A stretch of 64,000 nt of DNA from the IMG/VR virus record IMGVR_UViG_3300035454_000441, one strand, 5' to 3'. Of the stretch, positions 1 to 9,324 are shown in pieces; positions within the stretch are counted from its first letter, which is position 1; every line of letters starts with the position of its first letter. The translations under genes were made by a program, and so were the position numbers. Below the pieces are notes generated by a model. That model was not told where the DNA came from. It did not search any database and was given only the letters and a program-made list of their open reading frames with translations. The stretch is from a virus.

Positions 1-214
1 CAATTAGCAATAAGTTAAGTTATATTTTAGTTAGAGTGTGGTACTTCTCGCACACTGTTCAGCGAGTTAAGCTAGCCATAGTCGCGTTTCATAAGTGCCT
101 CCATCACCAATTAGCAATAAGTTAAGTTATATTTTAGTTAGAGTGTGGTACTTCTCGCACACTGTTCAGCGAGTTAAGCTAGCCATAGTCGCGTTTCATA
201 AGTGCCTCCATCAC
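1..214. repeat. Tandem direct repeat, 2 x 107 bp (copy 1 at 1-107, copy 2 at 108-214, then a partial 8 bp); each copy carries a 6-bp hairpin AGTGTG/CACACT
   Basis: Near-identical sequence caattagcaataagttaagttat...ccatcac seen twice in a row. Confidence 0.85.
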
Positions 215-256
215 CAATTAGCTTAGTGTTGAACGGATATGTGAAACAATCTGTCC

Positions 257-382
257 TTAGGCAACCAATGCCTTACATTTAGGACAGAGAAAGTTGTGAC
301 CACCACGGTCGCAATGAACCTGACCAATGTTACCCTTCCAACCACACTTCTTACACTCAATCTTTTCTTTTTCGTAACTCAT
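257..382 (-). CDS. Small zinc-ribbon protein (41 aa, CxxC...CxxC); below the ORF-track cutoff
   Basis: ATG overlaps the stop of the upstream gene as ATGA; translation MSYEKEKIECKKCGW...CPKCKALVA. Confidence 0.35.
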   Translation of the reverse strand: MSYEKEKIECKKCGWKGNIGQVHCDRGGHNFLCPKCKALVA

Positions 383-714
383 ACAACAGGCTCAACCTTC
401 ACGCTTAGAGTAATATCAACATAGTAATAAGTGGCAACATGACTACCAAATAAACCAACCTTTGCTTTCCAAGAACTAGCGCCTGGTTGATGGAAAAGTT
501 CTGGCCACGTCTCTGGTATTAATTTATTAAGATTTGCCGCCGCCTTCACTTGAGCATCATCAAGAAAACGTTTGCGTTCGGTTTCTTCCTGCGCTGTTAA
601 AAACAGACCCCTCTTCTTAGGATATTCAACAGTGGGATGATGGAACTCGTTAATAGCCGCGACGACCTCGGGGATATGGTCGACAAACAGCTTATATCGC
701 TTTTTGAGAATCAT
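379..714 (-). CDS. Hypothetical protein (111 aa)
   Basis: ORF track; minus-strand gene train. Confidence 0.5.
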   Translation of the reverse strand: MILKKRYKLFVDHIPEVVAAINEFHHPTVEYPKKRGLFLTAQEETERKRFLDDAQVKAAANLNKLIPETWPELFHQPGASSWKAKVGLFGSHVATYYYVDITLSVKVEPVV

Positions 715-884
715 AACAGACCAGCCTTAATGTCTCTCTTTTTCAAGTCACGGGCAATCTCAACGTCACACCAGTGAAACGAATCGGGATCAGCAATTTC
801 GATGACTCTTTTGAGAAAAGCAGTGGCGTTCGGAGAATCGGAGTACTTGTCAAGAGTGCTTTCGATATCGTAGTATTTCGTCAC
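711..884 (-). CDS. Hypothetical protein; probable GTG start downstream of promoter a (the track start lies inside the promoter spacer)
   Basis: RBS AAAGGAGA 5 nt before GTG; the upstream TTG start falls inside the -35/-10 spacer. Confidence 0.35.
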   Translation of the reverse strand: MTKYYDIESTLDKYSDSPNATAFLKRVIEIADPDSFHWCDVEIARDLKKRDIKAGLL

Positions 885-920
885 TGGTTTCTCCTTTGGG
901 TTTGTCTCAATCACAAATAT

Positions 921-949
921 ACTATACAACACCAAACCAGAGAAGTCAA
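921..949 (-). promoter_or_regulatory. Early sigma70-like promoter, cassette copy a (TTGACT-N17-TATAGT)
   Basis: rc of agtcaa(944-949) ... actata(921-926), 17-nt spacer. Confidence 0.6.
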
Positions 950-958
950 CAGAAATCT

Positions 959-1606
959 TTACACACCGAATCTTTTTTCGTACTCACGACGAAGGGATAG
1001 GAAGCCACCAATCCATGTGTCTCGGCGCTCTTGGAAAACTTGTGGTTCATCATCGTCAACAGCAATGATGATGACAAGTTGATTGATGGGTTTGGCGTAG
1101 AGTTCTTCCCACATAACAGCATAGGCTGCCGCTTGCATAAAGTAGTGGTGAATGGTTTCCATCTTCTTGCGCTTCGTGGAGGTCTTGAAGTCAATAACAG
1201 ACAGACGATTACCATACTGGGCAAAACAGTCCGCAGTACCAGCCGCACGAAGATACTTGGAATAGAGTGGAACTTCCAAGCCATAGACCGTGGTGATGTT
1301 ATTCAGAACGGGTTTAATGGAGTTCCAAATCTCTCTGTCAAACATATTCGGCTTGACTTCATCGTTCTTTAGGTAAGACTCACAGAGGTTGTGGATACGG
1401 GTACCACGACTACCTGCGCGGGCACCAATCTTAGTAGCTTCCTCTGCACCAACACGTTCTTTCCATTCAGCAATAGAAGTCTCGTTGTGAATAGAGGTGA
1501 TGGTTGTTACAGAGGGTAACAGAAGCCCCTCGCAGTCGTAATATCGCTTACCGTCTTGCTCCACTCGCGGTAATCTTTTTGCCTTGACGGGTTGATAATC
1601 AAACAT
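959..1606 (-). CDS. PD-(D/E)xK family nuclease (RecB/Cas4-like exonuclease domain)
   Basis: Motifs D...IDFK (D-x-K) and QAAAY (Q-x-x-x-Y). Confidence 0.5.
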   Translation of the reverse strand: MFDYQPVKAKRLPRVEQDGKRYYDCEGLLLPSVTTITSIHNETSIAEWKERVGAEEATKIGARAGSRGTRIHNLCESYLKNDEVKPNMFDREIWNSIKPVLNNITTVYGLEVPLYSKYLRAAGTADCFAQYGNRLSVIDFKTSTKRKKMETIHHYFMQAAAYAVMWEELYAKPINQLVIIIAVDDDEPQVFQERRDTWIGGFLSLRREYEKRFGV

Positions 1607-2210
1607 TTAGAATCCTAAGAGCCTTTTCATAGATTTGTTGGCGATGGGGTAGACCGTTGGTACCACCGTTTATTCTCTTCGTGAGAAGAACGAAGTTACC
1701 AGAGTCACAGAGGGGATTCAGATTGTTAACTTCCCAGAACCACCCAGCACTTAGTATAGCATTCTCCGGTATCAAAAGCAAGTCGGGGTCTAAGACCAAT
1801 CTATCGTCGCTGAACAAGTATGTGGAACATCTCCCATAGTTGTTCTTACCCGTTACTTGAAGTATTCCACGACCACGATACCTATAACCATCCCCAGACT
1901 CAGGAGGACCGTTTCCCATACGATTTCCATAGACAAGATTACCTATCTTTGCTGGCTTTCTAGAATAGTCAGCCGCCATACCCTCGCTCTTGAAATACTT
2001 TGGGAAGACTCTCAATAGGGCTTGGGCAGAATAGTTCAAGTTCTCTTCCAGAACATTAAAGCCCGCGGACTCATGACCACACTGAGCCAAGAATGCGGCA
2101 ACTCTCTTTGGTGTATTGATATCAAAACACGAAAGAAAGCGTTCAAGTTCGGCAGACCAGATGCCGGGTTGTCTGCACTCAGGAAGAACTTCTGCTACCG
2201 GTATTTGCAT
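1599..2210 (-). CDS. Endolysin, glycoside hydrolase family 19 (chitinase-like lysozyme)
   Basis: GH19 signature YRGRGILQVTGKNNY, plus GHESAGF. Confidence 0.75.
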   Translation of the reverse strand: MQIPVAEVLPECRQPGIWSAELERFLSCFDINTPKRVAAFLAQCGHESAGFNVLEENLNYSAQALLRVFPKYFKSEGMAADYSRKPAKIGNLVYGNRMGNGPPESGDGYRYRGRGILQVTGKNNYGRCSTYLFSDDRLVLDPDLLLIPENAILSAGWFWEVNNLNPLCDSGNFVLLTKRINGGTNGLPHRQQIYEKALRILNV

Positions 2211-2446
2211 TAGCTAAACCAGACCTTCTGGTCCTCCGCAACGTATTCATCATCGCAAGACGAATACTTGGTGTGTGTTGGTAACGCCATCAAAACATCA
2301 CCAAGACATGGCTTGTATGTGTCTAGAGAACTATACCAGACATTCTGACAATCTCTACACTCAATCAATTCTCTAGAAAATCCATCGGAATGAAGACTCA
2401 ACACAACAGCCTTCGTACTACCACAATTTGGACAATTTACTACCAT
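2210..2446 (-). CDS. Small Cys-rich zinc-ribbon protein (78 aa)
   Basis: CPNCGS...CRDCQ. Confidence 0.45.
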   Translation of the reverse strand: MVVNCPNCGSTKAVVLSLHSDGFSRELIECRDCQNVWYSSLDTYKPCLGDVLMALPTHTKYSSCDDEYVAEDQKVWFS

Positions 2447-2484
2447 CTTCTTTTCTCTCTTTCTCTTATTATTTGTATTTATAC

Positions 2485-2511
2485 GAAAAAGCGGGGGATT
2501 TCTCCCCCGCT
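2485..2511 (-). terminator. Rho-independent terminator downstream of phoH (stem AGCGGGGGA/TCCCCCGCT, loop TTTC, U-run on the minus strand)
   Basis: Perfect 9-bp GC-rich hairpin followed by AAAAA on the plus strand (UUUUU on the minus strand). Confidence 0.65.
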
Positions 2512-2515
2512 AGAG

Positions 2516-3292
2516 TTAACAGCGTTTGTCTTCGTATTCCATCTTTGCTATGATGTATTCTTTTACCCTTTGGCTTCGTACTATATCATCAACGTCAAAC
2601 TCAACCTTGAAATTCCCTTCCATACGGTGAGTGATATCAAAGAACTGTTTAAGTCCTGATTTGTCGTTGTTCTTTGTTAAGTCTGTTTGTCTATAGTCAC
2701 CACACCAAACAATCTTGGAGTTATCACCCACACGGGTCATGACCGTATCAAGTTCTTGGAAGTTCATATTCTGGCATTCGTCCACAATGATAATCGTGTC
2801 ATTGAATGAGGTGCCACGCATAAAGGATGTGGACATAAATTCCACTTGTCCTTGCTCTTCCAGACGTTGCCAAGCATCGGACCTATCAAAGAGCATTTCA
2901 CAGATTTGTTGATACGGTTGCTTGAAGATACTCATTTTTTCGTCGGCGTGACCTGGTAGAAATCCCATGTCTCTTGACTGAACAGACGACCTAACAACGA
3001 CAACCTTGCGGAAACTATTGCTTCGGTCTAATACTTCTTCCAGTGCTTTGTAAAGAGCGCAAAAGGTCTTACCAGTGCCGGCGACACCATGGAGCGTGAT
3101 AAAGTCATATCCTTGACGATAAGCGTCAAAGAACGTTTTTTGATTTTGTGTGAGTGGTGAAAACGTTTTAAGTTGGTCTATCTTTAGGACCTTAGGTTGT
3201 TTAGGTACAGCAAAAAGTTGTGCCTTTTGCTTCTTTGGTTGTTCGTTGATATCAAATACGTTTTGCTTCTTTGCCTGTTTATTTCTGGCCAT
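2516..3292 (-). CDS. phoH: PhoH-like ATPase
   Basis: Walker A GVAGTGKTF; PhoH-like overall pattern. Confidence 0.8.
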   Translation of the reverse strand: MARNKQAKKQNVFDINEQPKKQKAQLFAVPKQPKVLKIDQLKTFSPLTQNQKTFFDAYRQGYDFITLHGVAGTGKTFCALYKALEEVLDRSNSFRKVVVVRSSVQSRDMGFLPGHADEKMSIFKQPYQQICEMLFDRSDAWQRLEEQGQVEFMSTSFMRGTSFNDTIIIVDECQNMNFQELDTVMTRVGDNSKIVWCGDYRQTDLTKNNDKSGLKQFFDITHRMEGNFKVEFDVDDIVRSQRVKEYIIAKMEYEDKRC

Positions 3293-3322
3293 TAACTAAT
3301 CCTTTACGGAGATTAGTTGCGC

Positions 3323-3787
3323 TTAAAAAAGCACCTCGCACAATATAGTAATCGGGGTAATGATTATCTGAAACGCTATAATCAGACTCACTAAACCCCA
3401 AGGCCATTGCCAGATACGCCAAATGCCGTATACCCAACTGCCCGTTGGCATTACATATAGATTATGATTATTCATTATGTGCGCAACATAGACATAGATA
3501 CCGATTGGTATCGCGGTTAAGATAGCAGTAAGAATAACAACTATTCCGTCAATTTGTGTGAAGTTGAGCGCAACCAGCCACTTCAAGATATAGAAGTATA
3601 AGACTGGATAGAAACCATACACAAAGAAATCCATTAAGTCAAAAAGAATGCCGTTACTCTCGACAATTTCAAGTCCTTTGACCTCACCTCTTTCTTTTGC
3701 AATCTGGGAGTCAACGCGGCCATCGATGTATTGCTTGGCCAAGTATCCCGCTAGTAATGTCTTCGCATCGATTTTCATAGTAATCAC
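3323..3787 (-). CDS. Integral membrane protein (154 aa, multi-TM)
   Basis: Hydrophobic segments throughout. Confidence 0.5.
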   Translation of the reverse strand: MITMKIDAKTLLAGYLAKQYIDGRVDSQIAKERGEVKGLEIVESNGILFDLMDFFVYGFYPVLYFYILKWLVALNFTQIDGIVVILTAILTAIPIGIYVYVAHIMNNHNLYVMPTGSWVYGIWRIWQWPWGLVSLIIAFQIIITPITILCEVLF

Positions 3788-4026
3788 CTTATCTGTTTCT
3801 TCAATCCCTCGCCGCCGGGAGTACGTTCAGCGATGGAATGAAGCACATCACGAAAGCCACTGTCGATTTTCTTTACACCTAGGCGAACGGGATCGCCAAC
3901 AGCGGGAGCCTCGACACATATTTCCAATTCTGGATGGTCTTTTTTGAAGGGGGCTAACTCCGCAATTTTCATGCGGAGTTCAGTCAGTTCGCCAGTTTCA
4001 ATATTCTTAAACATGTAGGTAGGCAT
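3784..4026 (-). CDS. Hypothetical protein (80 aa)
   Basis: ORF track; ATGA overlap with its neighbour. Confidence 0.45.
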   Translation of the reverse strand: MPTYMFKNIETGELTELRMKIAELAPFKKDHPELEICVEAPAVGDPVRLGVKKIDSGFRDVLHSIAERTPGGEGLKKQIR

Positions 4027-4049
4027 AATGTTCCTTGAGATCAGTTCTA

Positions 4050-4406
4050 TTATTTAGCTTTCCGACCCGCTAAGGACTTCTGATGATTGAGCAGGCGCAA
4101 CGCATTCTTACGCTCACGGTTCTCCTTGGCAGCGTCAATATACTTCTGCTGTACTTCCGCGGGGATACGGTCACGAAGCTTGACCTTGGGACGAACCTTG
4201 CGGAGTGCTTTGCGAAGAAACGCCTGCCCTGACCCCGGACCGTTGATGGCTTCCACATACTCCATCATCTGGGCGAGTGCCGTGATATCTTCGTCATTAT
4301 CATAGACGTTCTTCAACTCAACTTCGCCTGTGGTGATACCAGCCTCGGCAAGTTCTTGGGCCAGCACCTCATCCGTTGTTACGATTTTCATTTCTTGGTC
4401 TTGCAT
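4050..4406 (-). CDS. Hypothetical protein (118 aa)
   Basis: ORF track. Confidence 0.45.
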   Translation of the reverse strand: MQDQEMKIVTTDEVLAQELAEAGITTGEVELKNVYDNDEDITALAQMMEYVEAINGPGSGQAFLRKALRKVRPKVKLRDRIPAEVQQKYIDAAKENRERKNALRLLNHQKSLAGRKAK

Positions 4407-4775
4407 TTAAGCCTCCAAATCATCGGGGTGAATGTTAAAAACCTTGGGAACCAATACCTTCAAAAGTTTTCTTACTTCTGAAAGTTTTTCTTCAAGAGCA
4501 ATAATCCTTGCTTGTTCATCGGTGATACCAAGAGCATACTTGTTGTTAGCTGCCTCATATGCATCATCAGTGACATACGAAAGTTCACCGAAACCACTAA
4601 GACTGTAACCAATCAACTGGGCAAACTGAATGCGGTCTTCCTGTGGAAAATCAACAACAGCCAAATCGTTCAAGTCGATGTTTCCGTGGTCCAAAAGATA
4701 CTGAACCAGCTTGTTCCCCTTGAAGCGAATCGTCCCAACGTCCGTGAGATAGAGGGGCTGAATTGGTTGCATCAC
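4407..4775 (-). CDS. Hypothetical protein (122 aa)
   Basis: ORF track. Confidence 0.45.
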   Translation of the reverse strand: MMQPIQPLYLTDVGTIRFKGNKLVQYLLDHGNIDLNDLAVVDFPQEDRIQFAQLIGYSLSGFGELSYVTDDAYEAANNKYALGITDEQARIIALEEKLSEVRKLLKVLVPKVFNIHPDDLEA

Positions 4776-5275
4776 TTCACTCCTGTACTGTTATAGGCAC
4801 CAGTGCCGCGTTCTGTTTCATTAAGTTCTTCGACCATCTGGAAATCAGCGTGAAATACCATGGTGAAAACACCTTGGGCAATCCTCTCGCCTGGCTCAAA
4901 GAATACTGGCTTATGTGAGAAGTTATACACGATAACACCCACCTCACCACGATAGCCACTATCAACAGTGCCGGGACTATTAGCGACGATGAAACCCTTC
5001 TTTAGGGCAGAACCCGACCGGGTACGAACTTGCATCTCCCAACCAGTGGGCACAGCCACTTTGATGCCCGTGGGAATAACAGCGACACCACCCGCCGCAA
5101 TAATCCACTTGTCATAACCAGCAAGTTTCATATCAGCGGGCAATTCGGCTGCCCTCAAGTCATAACCCGAGTCACCCGGCATAGCAAGTTCAAGAGGATT
5201 CCCAACATAGTTGTCAAGATAAACAATCTTAACGGGAAGTCTGTTTGGATACATTATATCTCCTTGGGTGGACAA
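4772..5275 (-). CDS. dut: dUTPase (dUTP/dCTP pyrophosphatase family)
   Basis: Motifs SGYDL and GTVDSGYRGEVGVIVYN. Confidence 0.75.
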   Translation of the reverse strand: MSTQGDIMYPNRLPVKIVYLDNYVGNPLELAMPGDSGYDLRAAELPADMKLAGYDKWIIAAGGVAVIPTGIKVAVPTGWEMQVRTRSGSALKKGFIVANSPGTVDSGYRGEVGVIVYNFSHKPVFFEPGERIAQGVFTMVFHADFQMVEELNETERGTGAYNSTGVK

Positions 5276-5616
5276 ACAATCCTCAGAATGGCAGAGAGTT
5301 GTTCTGGTTTAAATGGTTTTTGGAGCCAAGCAGAAGCACCACACGTTTTCGCTTGTTCTTTGCCAACTGTTGTTAACATCAGAATTGGTGTGAATCTATA
5401 ACCAGGTGTTTTTCTTAGTTCCTGGCAGAGAGTACAACCATCCATATTCGGCATGTTTAAATCAGTAATAATGAGGTCAAACTTGTGTTCTTTGGCAAGA
5501 CGTAGCGCCATGACACCATCACTTGCTTCCATGACTTTATAGCGCATCTCTGTTAGAGTCATATTTATAACGCTTCTAACTGTAGCAGAATCATCAACAA
5601 CTAAAACCAATTTCAT
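5254..5616 (-). CDS. Stand-alone CheY-like response-regulator receiver domain
   Basis: VLVVDDS, phospho-acceptor ITDLNMP, T/K pair ...AWLQKPF; 120 aa. Confidence 0.65.
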   Translation of the reverse strand: MKLVLVVDDSATVRSVINMTLTEMRYKVMEASDGVMALRLAKEHKFDLIITDLNMPNMDGCTLCQELRKTPGYRFTPILMLTTVGKEQAKTCGASAWLQKPFKPEQLSAILRIVCPPKEI

Positions 5617-6929
5617 TTCTTTACTCGTTTGAATGGAATGTTGTCGATGGAGTCAGCTTCGTCTTTATCAAACCTACGACCAAGAAAGCGCGGAAGATAG
5701 AGAGACCATTTAGCATCATTCGTCTTGGCTTTAATTCTCTCGTTGTACGCGACTTCAACGATTGACCCTTTCCACTCAGAGAAAGGAATGTCTCGGTCTT
5801 TATCAGAGAGTCCCGAACCAACAGAGACTTCAACTAAACCATCAGAAGAGACACACTCAAGGGAACCGATTTTGCCGGCATACTTACCAGTACCCTCAAG
5901 ATAACCAACCACTTGGAGATCGCAGGTGATGACGCCCTTGTACTTGATTTGCGTCTTAGACCGCTTACCTTCCCAGACGTTTTTCTTGTCCTTGAGGATA
6001 GTGCCCTCTTCGCCACCTTCATACAACTCGGTGAAGTGCTTGTAGGCTTCTCGCTCGTTGTTTACAATCTTCGTGTTAACGATAGAGAAATTATAACGTT
6101 TGTTGGAGCATTTGTCAACCAACAATCTTAGACGATCCTCATAGGGTGTGGCGCAATAACCCGCGTTCCAGTCGGCAATCGGAATGATATCGAAGATGAT
6201 GAAGTGAACCCGTTTAGCGACTTCATAGGGCAGAGTGCCGTGAATGGCTTTGTTGATTAGACCATTTCCCTTCTTACGGTCCATCAGCTTACCATCGCCT
6301 TCAACGACTACCAGTTCCCCATCCAACACATAGTCAGTACCAAAGTCATCAGCAAGACCAGCGTTAAACATATCGTGAAGGTCAAACGGTCGTCCATTCG
6401 AGGAGTGGAGTACAAACGCCCCGTTAATCGGGATTGCCTGACACCTCGACCCATCAACCTTGGTCTGACTGTATGCGGGGAATGTGATATTCTTAATACT
6501 CTTTTCGTCATAAGCAGTCGCCTTCATAACAGGAAACTCGGGAATGAGGTTGGGCCAAATCTCATTGACAGTAGACTCGGCCACACCACACTTCGGATCC
6601 TTAGCAATGATACGCTTGATAAGTTCACCTGTATCTTCACTTGCTATATTGAGGATGGTGTTCAAGTAATTAATTGCGGCAGTACCAGTGACTTGCCGAG
6701 TGGACAAAGCACCCAACATATTCATGGCATCATAATCTGTTAGAGTTGATACCGGATTATACAGATACTTCGGTATCTTTTTGATGTAGAAGTTGGTGAA
6801 CGGATCCAGTGCCAGCTTGAAGAACAGTTTGAGTTCCTCGTTCATACCATATCGACCGAGAATAAGTTTCTTCTCATTACGGCTGGCAGTAGCGGCAAGT
6901 TCATTCAGAATGTCAAGGTTTGTTTTCAT
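5613..6929 (-). CDS. ATP-dependent DNA ligase (T4 gp30-like); start trimmed to MKTNLDILNEL
   Basis: KxDG motif SQTKVDGSRC; N-terminus aligns with T4 ligase MILKILNEIA. Confidence 0.85.
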   Translation of the reverse strand: MKTNLDILNELAATASRNEKKLILGRYGMNEELKLFFKLALDPFTNFYIKKIPKYLYNPVSTLTDYDAMNMLGALSTRQVTGTAAINYLNTILNIASEDTGELIKRIIAKDPKCGVAESTVNEIWPNLIPEFPVMKATAYDEKSIKNITFPAYSQTKVDGSRCQAIPINGAFVLHSSNGRPFDLHDMFNAGLADDFGTDYVLDGELVVVEGDGKLMDRKKGNGLINKAIHGTLPYEVAKRVHFIIFDIIPIADWNAGYCATPYEDRLRLLVDKCSNKRYNFSIVNTKIVNNEREAYKHFTELYEGGEEGTILKDKKNVWEGKRSKTQIKYKGVITCDLQVVGYLEGTGKYAGKIGSLECVSSDGLVEVSVGSGLSDKDRDIPFSEWKGSIVEVAYNERIKAKTNDAKWSLYLPRFLGRRFDKDEADSIDNIPFKRVKK

Positions 6930-7377
6930 ACCAAACAGGCCTTTCACGATTTTTCCAAGTAGCGATATGCCGCTTGGCACCATTATAATAGTTGCGATAG
7001 GATTGAACAGCGTCTTGTGTCTTGTATTCGTCGGGCATTGCAAGGGCGAACGGAGTTAACCCACTGTCTGAAATGCGTGGCAACGGTAGATTGGCCGCGA
7101 CCACAAACGACTTGTGAACTTTACCGTACCTGTAATTATACTCTGTTTGTAACTCACTTGTCAAGTCACGAAGATAAAGCCAGTTAGATAGGGAAGCACG
7201 ACACCATTTGGCGCAGGGGTGATTTTGGTGAGTCACCCGATATCCTTCGTTGATGCCGGATAGGCGAACGGTGGTAGACAGAAGTTGCGCGTACTCCGTA
7301 ATCATCTTGACCACATGCTTATCAAGATGGGCTTGAGCGCACAACGTTTTGTCCTCGTCAAGGAGAAAGATGTTCAA
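6913..7377 (-). CDS. Hypothetical protein (154 aa)
   Basis: ORF track. Confidence 0.5.
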   Translation of the reverse strand: MNIFLLDEDKTLCAQAHLDKHVVKMITEYAQLLSTTVRLSGINEGYRVTHQNHPCAKWCRASLSNWLYLRDLTSELQTEYNYRYGKVHKSFVVAANLPLPRISDSGLTPFALAMPDEYKTQDAVQSYRNYYNGAKRHIATWKNRERPVWYENKP

Positions 7378-7655
7378 AAGTGCCTCTTATAGACATGGAA
7401 GACCAGACCACAGTCAAGGAAGAATGTACCGAAGTACTCTCGACTCACACCCATATCATACACGATTTCCTGCCCCGTGGCAAATATTTCAAAGTAACGG
7501 GGAACAGTTTTCTCTTCCGGGTCGATTTCTGCCCACAGATAGGCCTTGTTCCCTTGAGCATGAACAGTCAAGAGATTAGCAAATTGCGGAAGGTCGATTT
7601 TGCAGAGGTTGGTGTTACCCTCAGGCTTCAAGTGATACTTATAGATCACACTCAT
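7374..7655 (-). CDS. Hypothetical protein (93 aa)
   Basis: ORF track. Confidence 0.45.
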   Translation of the reverse strand: MSVIYKYHLKPEGNTNLCKIDLPQFANLLTVHAQGNKAYLWAEIDPEEKTVPRYFEIFATGQEIVYDMGVSREYFGTFFLDCGLVFHVYKRHF

Positions 7656-7766
7656 AATTTACCTCACCTGGGACCGGTAGTACCTTCCCAGTTGCGAAGG
7701 TCGAAGTAAGCAATAACGGCACTCAAGATGAAGATGCCAACAAACCACCAAATCATTTTTATCTCC

Positions 7767-7976
7767 TTAAGCCACGATGTTGAAGTGGAAGTGGATGCCG
7801 TTCGAGGCAGCATCAGCACCGACGAAAATCGGGAAGCAACGACCCTCTTTCGTCCAAGCAGTGAAGAAACGAACGTGACCCGTCACCTCGAAGTTGAGAG
7901 CCTTAGCAACAGCCTTCAACATATTCGCTTCGTTGGCGTAGGTCTTGGTGGGCGTCACTTCAACATGATTCAACAT
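7767..7976 (-). CDS. Hypothetical protein (69 aa)
   Basis: Follows promoter b and RBS AGGAGG. Confidence 0.45.
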   Translation of the reverse strand: MLNHVEVTPTKTYANEANMLKAVAKALNFEVTGHVRFFTAWTKEGRCFPIFVGADAASNGIHFHFNIVA

Positions 7977-8004
7977 TAGAAAGCCTCCTGGTTAGTGTTT
8001 CTCA

Positions 8005-8033
8005 ATTACAGATACACTATACAAGAGGCTGAG
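8005..8033 (-). promoter_or_regulatory. Early promoter, cassette copy b (TTGACA-N17-TATAGT + GTATCTGTAAT)
   Basis: tgtcaa 8028-8033 / actata 8005-8010. Confidence 0.6.
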
Positions 8034-8063
8034 GTTAATGTCAACAGAAAAAAGAGAGGGGCG

Positions 8064-8507
8064 TTACTTTTTCTCCCACCAAAAATCAATCCACTCGGAG
8101 TTTAACCGCTTGTCGATTTTTCGGCCGAAGAAATCCACGGGTACATGATTTCCTTGATTGTATACACAACAGACAATATCCACTTGGTCGCGAGTGCATT
8201 CCCATTGCTCTAGAACCTCTTCAACGGTCTTACCAGTGTCAACATACTCGCAGACAAGCAGGATTTTCGCGCCAGCTTTAATCACGGCTTTAAGTGCTTC
8301 GTTATGCTCACGTAACTTTTCTTGATGACACCAATAGAGCAGGGTGGGTCTAGAGTGACGACCACAAAGCTTATGAGATAGAATGATAGAGGGGACACAT
8401 CCACCCTTAACCAATCCAACAATGCGGTCATACTTCTTACCACATGCCCTAATCTCCCAAGCGATACGTTCTATATCCTCGGAGAAATCTTGAAAAGTGT
8501 ATTCCAT
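8064..8507 (-). CDS. Phosphoribosyltransferase-domain protein (type I PRTase PRPP-binding motif)
   Basis: ILLVCEYVDTGKT resembles the PRPP-binding loop. Confidence 0.5.
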   Translation of the reverse strand: MEYTFQDFSEDIERIAWEIRACGKKYDRIVGLVKGGCVPSIILSHKLCGRHSRPTLLYWCHQEKLREHNEALKAVIKAGAKILLVCEYVDTGKTVEEVLEQWECTRDQVDIVCCVYNQGNHVPVDFFGRKIDKRLNSEWIDFWWEKK

Positions 8508-8523
8508 GGTCAGCCTTAAAACA

Positions 8524-8805
8524 TTATTTTCTTGTGCTGTACATATTATTTAGGAACTTTTCAGTCTGTGAAATATAACGTTGTTGATCCTCAGTGAGAG
8601 GTGGATTGCTGGCTTTCAAGCGAGTCAAACAAAACAAGGCACCGTTCATCTGCTGAAACACGAAGTTTGTGCCGTTGTCGCGAAACTGGTTGAATCTTTT
8701 CAACAGAACACCATCAGGAACACCCGCTGTAGCAAGTTTCAGGATAGTCTGCTCCGCGTTGTATTCTGGTTTCTTTGTGTTAAAATCAAACGACAGTTGT
8801 TCCAT
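8524..8805 (-). CDS. Hypothetical protein (93 aa)
   Basis: ORF track. Confidence 0.4.
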   Translation of the reverse strand: MEQLSFDFNTKKPEYNAEQTILKLATAGVPDGVLLKRFNQFRDNGTNFVFQQMNGALFCLTRLKASNPPLTEDQQRYISQTEKFLNNMYSTRK

Positions 8806-9092
8806 TATAGCTCCTCCAAGGCGTTATCAAACCATTCATTTTCGTCATAGAGGGCAATCCTCTTCTCCTGCATTGTGACTTCACCAAAGAACTTGCGGGG
8901 ATTACCACACATACAACATTTGGAACTACCACAGTTCAAGGCATGCCGCTTGGCAAGACGATGGGGTTCTTCAACGATACTGGGTCGACCGTTGTAGATG
9001 TACAGAAGTTTCTTGGCGATACCAAGCTGTTTACGAATGTGATTCTTCTTTTGTCTGATCCGCGACTGGCGTTTCCGTTTCTCCGTGAACAT
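8805..9092 (-). CDS. Hypothetical basic protein (95 aa)
   Basis: ORF track. Confidence 0.35.
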   Translation of the reverse strand: MFTEKRKRQSRIRQKKNHIRKQLGIAKKLLYIYNGRPSIVEEPHRLAKRHALNCGSSKCCMCGNPRKFFGEVTMQEKRIALYDENEWFDNALEEL

Positions 9093-9324
9093 CGACCTCT
9101 CCTTGGTAGTTTACTCCTGCGATCCGAACACAACCATATTGGGCCTGACTGTCAAAACATTTATGAGTGAAAAACTTGGTCTTTCCACCGTTGAAAATCG
9201 ACCAGGCGCCCTTTTCGGAACTAGCGTGATAGCGACTTAATAACTTAACGGGTTCAACAAGGACCAACAAACCACAAGCTGAACACTTCCATTGGACTTG
9301 ATACTTATAAAATCTCTCAGCCAT
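9031..9324 (-). CDS. Hypothetical Zn-finger protein (97 aa)
   Basis: ORF track; CSACG motif. Confidence 0.35.
   Translation of the reverse strand: MAERFYKYQVQWKCSACGLLVLVEPVKLLSRYHASSEKGAWSIFNGGKTKFFTHKCFDSQAQYGCVRIAGVNYQGEVDVHGETETPVADQTKEESHS

Noticed and set aside
1-222. CRISPR array
   Set aside because: Only two identical 107-bp units, directly abutting, with no spacers.
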